The notes: generated by a model not told the origin, from the letters alone. 64,000 nucleotides of DNA from Candidatus Eiseniibacteriota bacterium (GCA_963744995.1 CAVUWA010000011.1:192001-256000); one strand, 5' to 3'. Counted from the first letter of the stretch, positions 1 to 14,550 are shown. Made by a program: numbers and translations.

Positions 1-1182
1 AAGATGGAGTGCGGCACGCCCGACACGGTCAAGGTCGGCGCGCATGCGGGCGAGAAGAAGCGCCTGAAGCCCGACGAGCTGACCGAAGAGGAGGCGACGC
101 ATCTGCTGGCGATCATCCGCGCCCAGGCCTCCACCGAATTCGGCTCGATTCAGCAGCATGCCGGCACGATCGAGCGCGCCCAGGACGAGGAAGACAAGTA
201 CTGGGTGCTGCGCGTCATGGCCGAAGAGCTGCGCCACGGCTACCAGATGTTTCACCTGCTCCTGTCGCAGGACTGGAGCAAGGTGTCGGGCGGCATGAAG
301 GGCGAGGACATGGTCGAGGAGATCCTGTCCATGCAGACCGGGTCGCACGTGCTCGACGCGTTCAACCTCGAGTACGACTCGTTCATCGACAACGTCTGCT
401 TCGCCGCGCTGGTCGACCGGGTCGGCAAATACCAGCTCACGATGCAGCGCGTGTGTGCGTACCGGCCGATGGCCGACAGCATGCCGCCGATGCTGCGCGA
501 AGAAGCATTTCACCTCGCGGCCGGCGTGATCCCGCTGCGACGCTGGGCGAAGCGCGCGGCGCAGGGCGACGTGTTCATCACGATGGACGCGATCCAGAAA
601 TCCATCAACAAGTGGTTCCCGCGTGCGCTCGAGATGTTCGGAGACGAGCGCGGCGGCAGCAAGAACCTCGCATTCGGCTTCAAAGACATGAAGAATCGCG
701 AAGCGCAGGACATGTACATCGAAGAAGTCAGCCGCATGATCCGCGACATCAACATGCGCTTCCTGCGGGCCCGCTTCCCCGATGATGCGGTCGAGAAATG
801 CGAGCAGGTGCTCGACGATCTCGTCATGTCGCGCGGCCGGCACCAGGGCGTGACCTACGACGACCTGATCCATCTCCCGGACCGGCGCTTCTTCCGCCGC
901 AAGGGCGAGCACGCCTGGAAGATGATCGGCGTCGACGGCGAGAGCTACGATGACCGCCAGACCTGGCTGCGCTACCTTTCGAAGCATCTGCCCGAGCCGT
1001 ACATGGCCAGCTGGGACCTGAAGATGTACGCAGAAACGCTCGGCAAGGTCCTGTCCGGCGAGTATTCCGTCGAAGACGGTATTCGCAGGATGCCGAAGCT
1101 CAAGCGTGTCGGCGGTAACTGCCCCTGTTCCCGCTCGGTTCGCTGGGTCGTCGATGAACCGGCGGCCACGAACGGCCATTGA
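1..1182 (+). CDS. BoxB/PaaA-like ferritin-fold diiron aromatic acyl-CoA epoxidase subunit (probably 5'-partial)
   Basis: Diiron ligand motifs QASTEFGSIQQ, EELRHG, DRVGKYQL and EEAFH, plus WFPRALEMFG. The frame is open to the window edge. Confidence 0.75.
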   Translation, partial: KMECGTPDTVKVGAHAGEKKRLKPDELTEEEATHLLAIIRAQASTEFGSIQQHAGTIERAQDEEDKYWVLRVMAEELRHGYQMFHLLLSQDWSKVSGGMKGEDMVEEILSMQTGSHVLDAFNLEYDSFIDNVCFAALVDRVGKYQLTMQRVCAYRPMADSMPPMLREEAFHLAAGVIPLRRWAKRAAQGDVFITMDAIQKSINKWFPRALEMFGDERGGSKNLAFGFKDMKNREAQDMYIEEVSRMIRDINMRFLRARFPDDAVEKCEQVLDDLVMSRGRHQGVTYDDLIHLPDRRFFRRKGEHAWKMIGVDGESYDDRQTWLRYLSKHLPEPYMASWDLKMYAETLGKVLSGEYSVEDGIRRMPKLKRVGGNCPCSRSVRWVVDEPAATNGH

Positions 1183-1278
1183 CCGTTCCCACGAGGCCCT
1201 TTGACGGCGCGCCCCCCCGGGCGCGCCGTTTCCACTGACCCCGATCTTCCGCCGCTTGCGCGCGCGGGAGGAGGACCG

Positions 1279-2883
1279 GTGCAGCGCACTTCGCACGTCG
1301 CCTACTTCTGCATGGAGTTCGGACTCCACGAATCTTTCCCCATCTACTCCGGCGGTCTCGGCATTCTCGCCGGCGACTTCATCAAGGCCGCCCACGATCT
1401 CGGCAAGCCGCTGGTCGCGATCGGCCTGCGCTGGGACCGCGGCTACTGCACGCAGACGATCGACGCCGACGGCAAGCCCCACGACGAATTTCCGAAGTAC
1501 GACTACTCGTTCCTCGAAGACACCGGGGTGCGCGTTCGGGTTCGCGTCCACGATGAAGAGGTGCCGTGCCGCGTCTGGCACACGCAGAAGTTCGGCCACG
1601 TGCCGCTCTATCTGCTGGAGCCGGTGCGCGACGAGCACCGCTGGATCACGCACCGCCTGTACGAAAGCGGCACCGAGGTGCGCCTTGCGCAGGAACTGCT
1701 GCTGGGGATCGGCGGCATGCGCGCCCTCGAATGGCTCGGGATTCCGATCTCGACCTATCACTTCAACGAGGGGCACGCCGTGTTCGCCGGCATCGAGCAC
1801 ATCGCCTCGATCATGGAGAGCGGTGTCAGCTTCGAGGACGCCTGGCGGCAGACGCGCGAGAAGATCGTGTTCACCACCCACACGCCGGTGAAGGCGGGGA
1901 ACGAGGAACACTCGCTCAAGGACCTGCGGCGGATGGGCGCATGCCTGCAGCTGTCGGGCGCCGAAATGCGCGCGATCGGTGGGGATCCGTTCAACATGAC
2001 CATCGCCGGGCTGCGGCTCAGCCGCCTCGCCAATGCAGTGTCCGTGCTGCACACGGAGACCTCGCGCCACATGTGGAACCACGTCACCGGCGCCGCGCCG
2101 ATCATCGACATCACCAACGCCGTCCACGCGCACACGTGGCAGGCGGAGTCGATCCGCGCAGCGGACGAGGATCCGCAGCGGATCTGGGACGCCCACGTCG
2201 GGCTCAAGAAGGAGCTGATCGCCGAGATTCGCCGCCGCGAGGGATCGACGATCCCCGAGGATGCGCTGCTCGTCGCGTTCGCGCGGCGCGCCGCCGGGTA
2301 CAAGCGCAGCGATCTCGTGCTGCGCGATCCCGACAGGCTGGAGTGGCTCTTCAACCACACGCCCATCCACCTGGTGTTCTCGGGCAAGGCGCACCCCGAC
2401 GACCTGCCCGGCAAGCTGGTCGTGTCGCGGCTCGTCGAGGCGCAGCAGCGCCATCCCGGCCGCGTCGTGTTCCTGCAGAACTACAACATGGAACTCGGCC
2501 GTCTGCTGACGCGCGGCGCCGACGTGTGGCTCAACAATCCCACGCGTCCGCTCGAGGCCAGCGGCACCTCCGGCATGAAGGCCGCCTTCAACGGCGTGTT
2601 GAACCTCAGCATCCTCGACGGCTGGTGGCCCGAGGGCTGCGAGCACGGCGTCAACGGCTGGGCTTTCGGCGAGGGCAAGGCCGGCAACGATGCCGCGGAC
2701 CTCGCCGCGCTCTACGACGCGCTGCGCGACGAGGTCCTGCCGGCGTGGAACGACCGGCCGCGCTGGATCGGCATGATGCGGGCGAGCGTCCACATGGCGG
2801 CGACGCGATTCACCGCCGCCCGCATGGTGAACGATTATTTCGAAAAGCTCTACGCGCCACTCGGCGTCCCTGCCGACACCTGA
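1279..2883 (+). CDS. glgP: alpha-glucan family phosphorylase (GT35), compact form
   Basis: VAYFCMEFG, YSGGLGILAGD, HFNEGH, FTTHTP, GKAHP and EASGTSGMKA (PLP lysine). GGAGGAGG RBS precedes GTG at 1279. Confidence 0.92.
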   Translation: MQRTSHVAYFCMEFGLHESFPIYSGGLGILAGDFIKAAHDLGKPLVAIGLRWDRGYCTQTIDADGKPHDEFPKYDYSFLEDTGVRVRVRVHDEEVPCRVWHTQKFGHVPLYLLEPVRDEHRWITHRLYESGTEVRLAQELLLGIGGMRALEWLGIPISTYHFNEGHAVFAGIEHIASIMESGVSFEDAWRQTREKIVFTTHTPVKAGNEEHSLKDLRRMGACLQLSGAEMRAIGGDPFNMTIAGLRLSRLANAVSVLHTETSRHMWNHVTGAAPIIDITNAVHAHTWQAESIRAADEDPQRIWDAHVGLKKELIAEIRRREGSTIPEDALLVAFARRAAGYKRSDLVLRDPDRLEWLFNHTPIHLVFSGKAHPDDLPGKLVVSRLVEAQQRHPGRVVFLQNYNMELGRLLTRGADVWLNNPTRPLEASGTSGMKAAFNGVLNLSILDGWWPEGCEHGVNGWAFGEGKAGNDAADLAALYDALRDEVLPAWNDRPRWIGMMRASVHMAATRFTAARMVNDYFEKLYAPLGVPADT

Positions 2884-2966
2884 GCGCGGGCGGCGGGCCG
2901 CCCCCGTTCGTCACGCGGCAGACGAAAGTCCGTGCACGCCGCGCGCATCGTGGGTACCATTTCCGC

Positions 2967-3044
2967 ATGCGACTTCGTCACGCGTATACGAGCGGCGCCT
3001 ATCTCCTCCGGGAGACGGGCCTCGCCGTGCGTGACGGAGCCTGA
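2967..3044 (+). CDS. putative Tyr-sensing attenuator leader peptide MRLRHAYTSGAYLLRETGLAVRDGA
   Basis: 25-codon ORF with two TAT codons. A -10-like TACCAT (2955-2960) lies 6 nt before the ATG. A terminator and the CM/PDH gene follow directly. Confidence 0.7.
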   Translation: MRLRHAYTSGAYLLRETGLAVRDGA

Positions 3045-3059
3045 CCGTCCGAATCCGGC

Positions 3060-3101
3060 AAGAGCCCGCTCCCGTCGCGCGGGGGCGGGCTCTTCGCTTT
3101 T
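3060..3101 (+). terminator. attenuator terminator hairpin
   Basis: 15-bp stem AAGAGCCCGCTCCCG/CGGGGGCGGGCTCTT with one G-U pair, a 5-nt loop, then CGCTTTT. The 5' arm can alternatively pair with 3010-3020. Confidence 0.75.
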
Positions 3102-3131
3102 CCCGGCGCGGCGGCCATGAAGGAATCCCTC

Positions 3132-4289
3132 ATGACCGATGCCCAGGTGCCGTCCATCGCCGCCGTGCGCGGCGCGATCACCGTCTCCGCCAACGACGGG
3201 TCCGCGATCCTCGAAGCCACCTCGCGGCTGCTCGCCGCCCTCCTGTCCACGAACGCGCTGCGTCCGGAGGACGTGATCAGCGCGCTGTTCACCGCCACGG
3301 AGGATCTCGACGCGGACTTTCCCGCGCACGCGGCGCGTCGCATGGGCTGGCGGCACGTGCCGATGCTGTGTGCGCGGGAGATCCCGGTGCCGGACGCGCT
3401 GGCGCGGGTCGTGCGCGTCATGCTCACGGTGCGGGCCGCGACGTCCGGCGCACTCGAGTCCGTCTACCTGGACGGCGCCGCCGTTCTGCGCCCGGACCTG
3501 GCGCCCGGCCCCGCCGCGAGCCGGGAACGATGGCGGGTGGCGGTCATCGGCCTCGGCCAGATCGGCGGGTCCATCGGTCTCGCGTTGCGCGGGCGCGGCT
3601 GGCTGCGGACGGGCTTCGACATCGACCCGGCCACCCGCACGGCCGCGCGCGCGGGCGGAGCGATCGACGAAACCGCACCCGACGTCGTGGCGGCATGCGC
3701 CCGCGCGGACCTCGCGGTCATCGCGGTGCCGATGGATGCGATGCCGGGCGCGATCAGCGCGGCAGCCCGTGCGCTGCCGCGGGGCGCGGCGCTGCTCGAC
3801 ACCGGCAGCGCGCGCGCGCCGCTCCAGGCGAGCCTGGCCGCGGCGGCGGCAGGCGGCATCGCCGCCGTCGGCGGCCACCCGCTCGCGGGAAGCGAGGGCC
3901 GCGGCTTCGAGGCCGCGCGCGCAGGGCTGTTTCGCGATGCGCCGTTCGTGCTCCTGCCGGCGGCGGAAGAGGTGCCGCCGATCGTGCGTGCGCTGCTGAG
4001 CGACATCGGCGCCGTCGAGACCACGGTCGACGCGGAAGCGCATGATCGCGCGCTGGCCCGCACCAGCCACCTTCCCTACCTGCTGAGCGGAGCGATCGCC
4101 GCGCTTGGCGCTGCAGCGGCCACGTCCGGTCTCGCGGGACCCGGCTTCCGCGACATGACCCGCCTGGCGCGAAGCGATCCGGGCATGGCCGGCGCCTACT
4201 GCAGGGCGAACGCGTCCGAGGTCGCGGCAGCGTGGGCGGAGCTGCGCGTCGCCATGGATGCGCGCGTCGCGGCGCTCACGGACTCGTAG
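3132..4289 (+). CDS. tyrA: AroH-type chorismate mutase fused to prephenate/arogenate dehydrogenase
   Basis: N-terminal AroH motifs AVRGAITV, FTATEDLDADFPA and YLDGAAVLRPDL. C-terminal TyrA motifs IGLGQIGGS, GGHPLAGSE, HD..LARTSHLP and GPGFRDMTRLA. Confidence 0.88.
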   Translation: MTDAQVPSIAAVRGAITVSANDGSAILEATSRLLAALLSTNALRPEDVISALFTATEDLDADFPAHAARRMGWRHVPMLCAREIPVPDALARVVRVMLTVRAATSGALESVYLDGAAVLRPDLAPGPAASRERWRVAVIGLGQIGGSIGLALRGRGWLRTGFDIDPATRTAARAGGAIDETAPDVVAACARADLAVIAVPMDAMPGAISAAARALPRGAALLDTGSARAPLQASLAAAAAGGIAAVGGHPLAGSEGRGFEAARAGLFRDAPFVLLPAAEEVPPIVRALLSDIGAVETTVDAEAHDRALARTSHLPYLLSGAIAALGAAAATSGLAGPGFRDMTRLARSDPGMAGAYCRANASEVAAAWAELRVAMDARVAALTDS

Positions 4290-4301
4290 GCGCCGGCGGG
4301 C

Positions 4302-4805
4302 TCAGTCGGCTCCGGGCGGCGGCGCCTCGGCGGCGGCCGTCTCGATCTCCACCAGTGTGGCGAGGTACTCCTCGGGGAGACGATGGTGCCGCGCGCCGGC
4401 GAGGACCCGCTCCATGTAGCGGGCAGAAGGCGGCGCGGGGTGTGCGGGCCGCGCGACGTAGGTCCACGCCCGCACCTTGCGGGGGATGGACCCGTCGTCC
4501 GGACGGACGAGCTCGAGCGTGACGTGCTCGCGGTCGTGGGCGTTGTGCTGGTCGCCTTCGGCAACGAACCCCTCGAACCCGTCGAGCTTTTCGAGATCGG
4601 CGTCGCTCAGCTCGTACACCACGCCCCACATGGTCTCGCCGTGGGCGAGCTGGATGCTGGCCGTTCCGCCGCCCCAGCGATTCGAGAAGCGCGGGAATCC
4701 GATGCGGTAGTTCTGCAGCGACGCCAGCCCCACGACGGCGCTGTCCGGGCAGCGTTCCTTCATCTGTGCGGGATCGAGATTCGAACCGTAGGCGAAATAG
4801 AGCAT
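4302..4805 (-). CDS. gamma-glutamylcyclotransferase (GGCT/AIG2-like) family protein
   Basis: YFAYGSNL, WGVVYEL, LDGFEG, PSARY. Confidence 0.85.
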   Translation of the reverse strand: MLYFAYGSNLDPAQMKERCPDSAVVGLASLQNYRIGFPRFSNRWGGGTASIQLAHGETMWGVVYELSDADLEKLDGFEGFVAEGDQHNAHDREHVTLELVRPDDGSIPRKVRAWTYVARPAHPAPPSARYMERVLAGARHHRLPEEYLATLVEIETAAAEAPPPGAD

Positions 4806-5025
4806 CGGGTCTCCACGGACTCGCCGCGTGATTCGTTCGCTCGTTCACGAAGGTGGGTGCGGCCCGGTCGAGCGTCCGTCCTGCCTGGCTGCGCTCCGGC
4901 AGAATAGCGCAATTGCCCGATGGCCGCCCCCGATTGTACGCGTGGTGAGCGCTGGCTATCATGCGGTGGCCGCCTTGTCCGGGTACCCCCTGACCCCGTT
5001 CGCCATCCAACACACGGAGTTGCAG

Positions 5026-5757
5026 ATGCCGGTGGATATTCTCGCTTTCGGGCCGCATCCCGACGACGCCGAGATCGGCGCCGGAGCGACCCTCTTGAAG
5101 ATGAAGCAACTGGGCCACACGACCGGCATCATCGATCTGACGACCGGCGACATGGGCCTGGGCACGCCGGCCATCCGCGCCGAAGAAAGCCGGCGCGCCG
5201 CGGAGATCCTGAAGCTCGACGTGCGCGAGAACCTGGATCTCGGCGACTGGCGCGTGGCCGACACGTTCGAGAACCAGTGCAAGGTGGCGGCGGTGATCCG
5301 CAGACACCGGCCGAAGATCGTGCTCACGACATGGTACGACCTGCCGATCACGCGGGGCCTCGGGCACAACGACCATTACAAGGGCGGTCAGATCGTGGCC
5401 AACGCATTCAACCTCGCGCATCTGCGCAAGCCGCCGATCGACGGCGAGCCCTATCAGGCGCAGGCGATCTTCTTCTTCTTCCTGCCGCCCAACGCGCAAC
5501 CGACGTTCATCGTGGACGTGAGCGATACGATCGAGGAAGCGATCGCGGCGGTGGAGTGTCACCAGAGCCAGTTCAACAACCCGGCGCGACCGCGCCCGGA
5601 AGGATTCCCAACCCTGCCCGAGCGGATTCGGAGTTCGTCGCAGAACTGGGGATGGCAGGTCGGCGCCCGATACGGCCAGCCGTTCCTGGCGAATACCGCG
5701 CTGCGCGTGCACGACGTGGTGGACCTGATCAAGGACGTCACGCCGAGACCCGTTTAG
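5026..5757 (+). CDS. bshB1: PIG-L/LmbE family deacetylase, BshB1-like
   Basis: DILAFGPHPDDAEIGAG, DLTTGDMG, R.EE..AA.IL, NDH, CHQSQF. GGAG RBS upstream. Confidence 0.75.
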   Translation: MPVDILAFGPHPDDAEIGAGATLLKMKQLGHTTGIIDLTTGDMGLGTPAIRAEESRRAAEILKLDVRENLDLGDWRVADTFENQCKVAAVIRRHRPKIVLTTWYDLPITRGLGHNDHYKGGQIVANAFNLAHLRKPPIDGEPYQAQAIFFFFLPPNAQPTFIVDVSDTIEEAIAAVECHQSQFNNPARPRPEGFPTLPERIRSSSQNWGWQVGARYGQPFLANTALRVHDVVDLIKDVTPRPV

Positions 5758-5833
5758 AGGAACTCGCGCAGGCGGTGCTCCGGATGCACGTCCGGGGTGG
5801 CGACGGCGCGGGCGTATCGGACCCGGACCGTCG

Positions 5834-10922
<5,089 letters not shown>

Positions 10923-11086
10923 TCGCGAATCGGCGCACAATTATTGCAATTGAATGGGTTATGCAGTTGCAGCGTTGCACGCTTCGCAGATGTCTGCGAA
11001 ACTCCCTCCCACGCAGGCACTTCCTCCCACCGTCTAAGCATCTTCTTTTGCAATGAGTTGCGCGATGATTTCCAGAGCGCCGTTCG

Positions 11087-11101
11087 TGGCATGGATCTGG
11101 C
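11087..11101 (+). promoter_or_regulatory. candidate sigma54 -24/-12 promoter
   Basis: TGGCATG-GATC-TGGC (GG-N10-GC, one mismatch at -12) in an AT-richer intergenic region with IHF-like CAAtgagTTG upstream. Confidence 0.45.
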
Positions 11102-11155
11102 CCTCTCTGACTGCAGTTCCCGCCCCTGGGAAGCGAGCCGTCACGGAGGAAGTCC

Positions 11156-11455
11156 ATGCTTTCGAGATTGCTAATGGCCGTTCTCATGACCGCTGCACTG
11201 TCCGCCCTGGCGGCGCCCTGCGCACTGGCACAGAGTTCCCTCGAGCCCGACGCCAACGCTTCCCATCAGATCAGCAGCTCGGAAGGCCCTGGCGTCCCGT
11301 CTTCACCCCTGACCACCATCTCCCGCCCCGGATTCAGCTTCCTGGAACTGGCCATGATGTGGGGCCGGCTCGCCTGGATGCCGGCGTCGCCGCTGCAGAT
11401 GCCGTCCGGGTTCGCGATGCTCGCGCCTGGCGATCTGCGCTGGGGAATCCGGTAG
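11156..11455 (+). CDS. small secreted hypothetical protein
   Basis: GGAGG RBS, Sec-type signal peptide (..CALA/Q), Ser/Pro-rich mature part. Confidence 0.65.
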   Translation: MLSRLLMAVLMTAALSALAAPCALAQSSLEPDANASHQISSSEGPGVPSSPLTTISRPGFSFLELAMMWGRLAWMPASPLQMPSGFAMLAPGDLRWGIR

Positions 11456-11457
11456 TG

Positions 11458-11997
11458 ATGCGCGCGCGGATCGGCACGCTGCCGGCCCAGCGACGCTCGG
11501 CCACGAGGCCGACCGCGCGCCTGCTTCCCTTTCAGCGGAACGCGCTCACCCACGTGCTGATTCTGGGCGGGTCCGCTGACGATCGCCGCTCGGCGGCGCT
11601 TGCGGTCCATGCCGAGAGCCTCCTTCGCTCGGGCTCTTTCGTCGGCGTGAACTGCGCGTCCGAGGAGCCGCGGCTCGCCCGGGCGTTGACCGCCTGGATG
11701 ACGGATTCGTTCGACTCCTCGGATCCGTCTCTCATGGCCGCCGCGCGCGGAACGCTCTTTCTCGACCAGGTGGAAGCGCTGTCGGTGCGAACCCAGCGCC
11801 AGCTGCTCGTGTTCGTAACGCACAAGGCGGGCGCCACGACGCCGCTCGAATCGCGCTGGGGTGGCCGCCTGATCAGCGGCAGCGACGCCGACCTCGACGC
11901 GCTGACGGCCTCCGGCCGATTCCTGCTGCCGCTCTTCGACTGCCTCGACAAGGCACGGCTCGTGCTCGATCGCGTCCACCAGGACGGTGCGGCATGA
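11458..11997 (+). CDS. stand-alone degenerate sigma54-interaction AAA+ domain protein
   Basis: HVLILG, FVGVNCA, AAARGTLFLDQV, QRQLL, GRF..LF. It lacks the Walker A lysine and the GAFTGA loop. Confidence 0.75.
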   Translation: MRARIGTLPAQRRSATRPTARLLPFQRNALTHVLILGGSADDRRSAALAVHAESLLRSGSFVGVNCASEEPRLARALTAWMTDSFDSSDPSLMAAARGTLFLDQVEALSVRTQRQLLVFVTHKAGATTPLESRWGGRLISGSDADLDALTASGRFLLPLFDCLDKARLVLDRVHQDGAA

Positions 11998-12371
11998 GCC
12001 TGCGGCACTACGACGTTCTCCTGCTCAGCGCGGCGCCCGAAATGTTCGCGCCGATGCTCGAATCGCTCGCATCGCACGGCATTCCGGCGGCCGCGGCCTG
12101 CTGTCCGGAGGACGCGTCACGGCTGCTCGCGCGCCGCCCGCACACGGTTCTGGTCGACCTCGTTCACGGCGCCGGGCTCGACGAAGCCGCGGTGCACGCC
12201 ATCAACCGGCGCCGCGGGGCGACGATGGTGCTGGCGCTGCACGCCGGTGGGCTGGGTCCGTACATCGACTCGCTCTGGAATCTGAACATCGACGGCTTCT
12301 GCCGCTTCGACGACTGGAGACCGATCGCGGAGGCCACGCCCTCCGCACACCGATCTTTTGCCCTCCACTAG
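11994..12371 (+). CDS. atypical (pseudo-)receiver domain protein
   Basis: ATGA overlap with the upstream gene. Receiver-like beta/alpha pattern with VLVDL, but no acidic pair and no conserved lysine. Confidence 0.55.
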   Translation: MSLRHYDVLLLSAAPEMFAPMLESLASHGIPAAAACCPEDASRLLARRPHTVLVDLVHGAGLDEAAVHAINRRRGATMVLALHAGGLGPYIDSLWNLNIDGFCRFDDWRPIAEATPSAHRSFALH

Positions 12372-12526
12372 CACGGAAAAACGATAGGGGCCACGCCCGG
12401 CGCGTTGCGTGAACGGCCGGGTGGAGGGGGGCAAAGCCAGGCGGCCGCGCGAAGTGCGCGGCCGCCCGTATTTTGAGGCGATCAGGCAGATGCCGTGGCC
12501 GGGGATCCCGCCCCGGGATTCCGGCG

Positions 12527-12556
12527 TTGACCTGCACGCGGGCTGCGGCCTAAAGT
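12527..12556 (+). promoter_or_regulatory. sigma70-like promoter
   Basis: TTGACC-N18-TAAAGT. Confidence 0.45.
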
Positions 12557-12629
12557 ACCGACCCCATCGCTGCCGAAACCAAGGAAGGTTTGGCCTTCGC
12601 CCTCATCGAGGGCGCCCGGGAGACATCGA

Positions 12630-13553
12630 ATGCAGTCATTGGCGCTCTGCCGCACCGGAACGATTCTGTCCCTTTTCCTCCTCCCCGTGCTCGCCGCGGC
12701 CGATCCGGCCCCGGCGTCCGTGACGGGGGGTGGCGCCCCTACGATCCAGACGCAGTCGGGCCCGCTGCTGGCCGCGTCGACCTCGCGCAGGCGCCGGAGA
12801 GCCCTGCCCAAGGACGGCGTGTACTCGCGCCATGCGTTCCTGTTCGATCCGGTCAGCGGCGAGGTGCTGTTCGAGAAGAACGCCGACCGCTCGGTTCCCA
12901 TTGCCAGCATCACGAAGCTGATGACCGCGATGGTGTTCCTCGAGCAGAATCCGGGACTCGACCGGCAGGTCGTGGTTACGCGCGAAGATCTCTATGGCGG
13001 CGGCCGCACCCAGCTCCTGCGCCGCGAGAGCGTGAAGCTCGGCGACATCCTGCACATGGCGCTCATGTGCTCCGACAACGTGGCCGCCCGCATCCTGGCG
13101 CGCGAGTCGGGGCTGTCGCACGAAGACTTCCTCGCCCGCATGAACACCAAGGCGCTCGAGATCGGGCTCACGCATTCGCGCTTCGTCGAGGTCACCGGCC
13201 TGGACGCGCGCAACGTCTCGACTGCGACGGACGTAGCGCACATGCTGCAGGCGGCCTGCAACCAGTCCACCATCCGTCACATCTGCCAGACGCGCTCCTA
13301 CGACTTCCGCACGCGCCGGCGCGCACACTACATCCCGAACACGAACCGCCTGCTCTACAGCCAGTACGAGGTGCGCGGCGGCAAGACCGGGTACATCTCG
13401 CAGGCCGGCTACTGCTTCGCGACGTGGGTCCGCAAGGACGATCGCGACGTGATCGCGGTCGTGCTGAACGCCCCCACGGCGGCGACGCGTTTCGCGGACG
13501 TGCGCCGCATGCTGAAGCGCATCTCGGCCACGACTACCGCCTCCAACGACTGA
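12630..13553 (+). CDS. D-alanyl-D-alanine carboxy/endopeptidase (peptidase S11, PbpG-like)
   Basis: Signal peptide, IASITKLMT (SxxK), SDN, NTN, GKTGY. Confidence 0.9.
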   Translation: MQSLALCRTGTILSLFLLPVLAAADPAPASVTGGGAPTIQTQSGPLLAASTSRRRRRALPKDGVYSRHAFLFDPVSGEVLFEKNADRSVPIASITKLMTAMVFLEQNPGLDRQVVVTREDLYGGGRTQLLRRESVKLGDILHMALMCSDNVAARILARESGLSHEDFLARMNTKALEIGLTHSRFVEVTGLDARNVSTATDVAHMLQAACNQSTIRHICQTRSYDFRTRRRAHYIPNTNRLLYSQYEVRGGKTGYISQAGYCFATWVRKDDRDVIAVVLNAPTAATRFADVRRMLKRISATTTASND

Positions 13554-13560
13554 CGCCCCG

Positions 13561-14358
13561 ATGACGGGGTCGCAACGCCTGCTCGCCCTGCTCGCGGGGC
13601 TGGGCACCGGCATTGCCGGCGGGCTCTTCGGTGTGGGCGGCGGGATCGTTCTGATCCCGATCATGACCGGCCTCTTCAAGCTCACCCAGCATCGCGCACA
13701 CGGCACCTCGCTTGCGGTCATTGGCGCCACGGCGCTCGTCTCGGTGACGGTGTACGCCTCCCACGGCAACGTCACCTGGTGGACGGCGCTGTTCGTCGCG
13801 GTCGCCAGCATCTTCACGGCACGCCTCGGCGCACGGCTGACCACGCGGTTCTCACCGTTCGGCCTCGCCAAGGTGTTCGCGGTGTTCCTGTTCATCGTCG
13901 CGCTGCGGCTGCTGTTCAAGGCGCCCGCGGCGGCGGCGGCGGCTTCGCACGTCGCTCCGGGCCCGGCATCGATCGCGTTCGATCTCGGCGTGGGGGCGCT
14001 CGTGGGTCTCGTCTCGGGCTTCATGGGTGTCGGGGGTGGAATCGTCTCCGTGCCGGTGTTCACGCTCGTCCTCGGCATGACCCAGCAACTCGCTCAGGGC
14101 ACCTCGCTGGCGGTCATCCTGGTCACGGCGCCGGCCGGAGCGATCGAGCACGCGCGCCACGGGAACGTGGCGAAGGGCCTGGTTCCGATGCTGGCGATCG
14201 GGGCGCTGGTGGGCGGCCCGCTCGCCTCGTGGTTCGTTCAGGGGCTGCCGCAAACCCTGCTCGCACGGGCATTCGCCGTGTTCCTGCTGCTGAATGCGGT
14301 CATGACCTGGCTGAGGGCGGACCTCAAGGCCAGGCAGGCGGCGGCGAAGCGTGCCTGA
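13561..14358 (+). CDS. sulfite exporter TauE/SafE family membrane protein
   Basis: Duplicated G..GVGGGI..P and A.GTSLA motifs, multiple transmembrane helices. Confidence 0.88.
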   Translation: MTGSQRLLALLAGLGTGIAGGLFGVGGGIVLIPIMTGLFKLTQHRAHGTSLAVIGATALVSVTVYASHGNVTWWTALFVAVASIFTARLGARLTTRFSPFGLAKVFAVFLFIVALRLLFKAPAAAAAASHVAPGPASIAFDLGVGALVGLVSGFMGVGGGIVSVPVFTLVLGMTQQLAQGTSLAVILVTAPAGAIEHARHGNVAKGLVPMLAIGALVGGPLASWFVQGLPQTLLARAFAVFLLLNAVMTWLRADLKARQAAAKRA

Positions 14359-14550
14359 TCCCCACCAGGGTTCGCCGACGTAACTCCCTTCGAGAACAGC
14401 ACGTTGCGGGCGACAACGGCGCCGCCACCGCCCCCGCTCCCGTTCGGCCCCGGGTATCCGCGCCCCGGCGGCCCGTCTCCATGCCGGATTTCAGAGACCG
14501 GGTGCGACCTTCGTTCACCGCCTGAAACACGGTCGTAGTGACAATCTCAC

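Noticed and set aside
11430..11455. C-terminal LRWGIR as a third SWG-tail
   Set aside because: It lacks the Pro/Ser context, the lysine and the terminal YR spacing.
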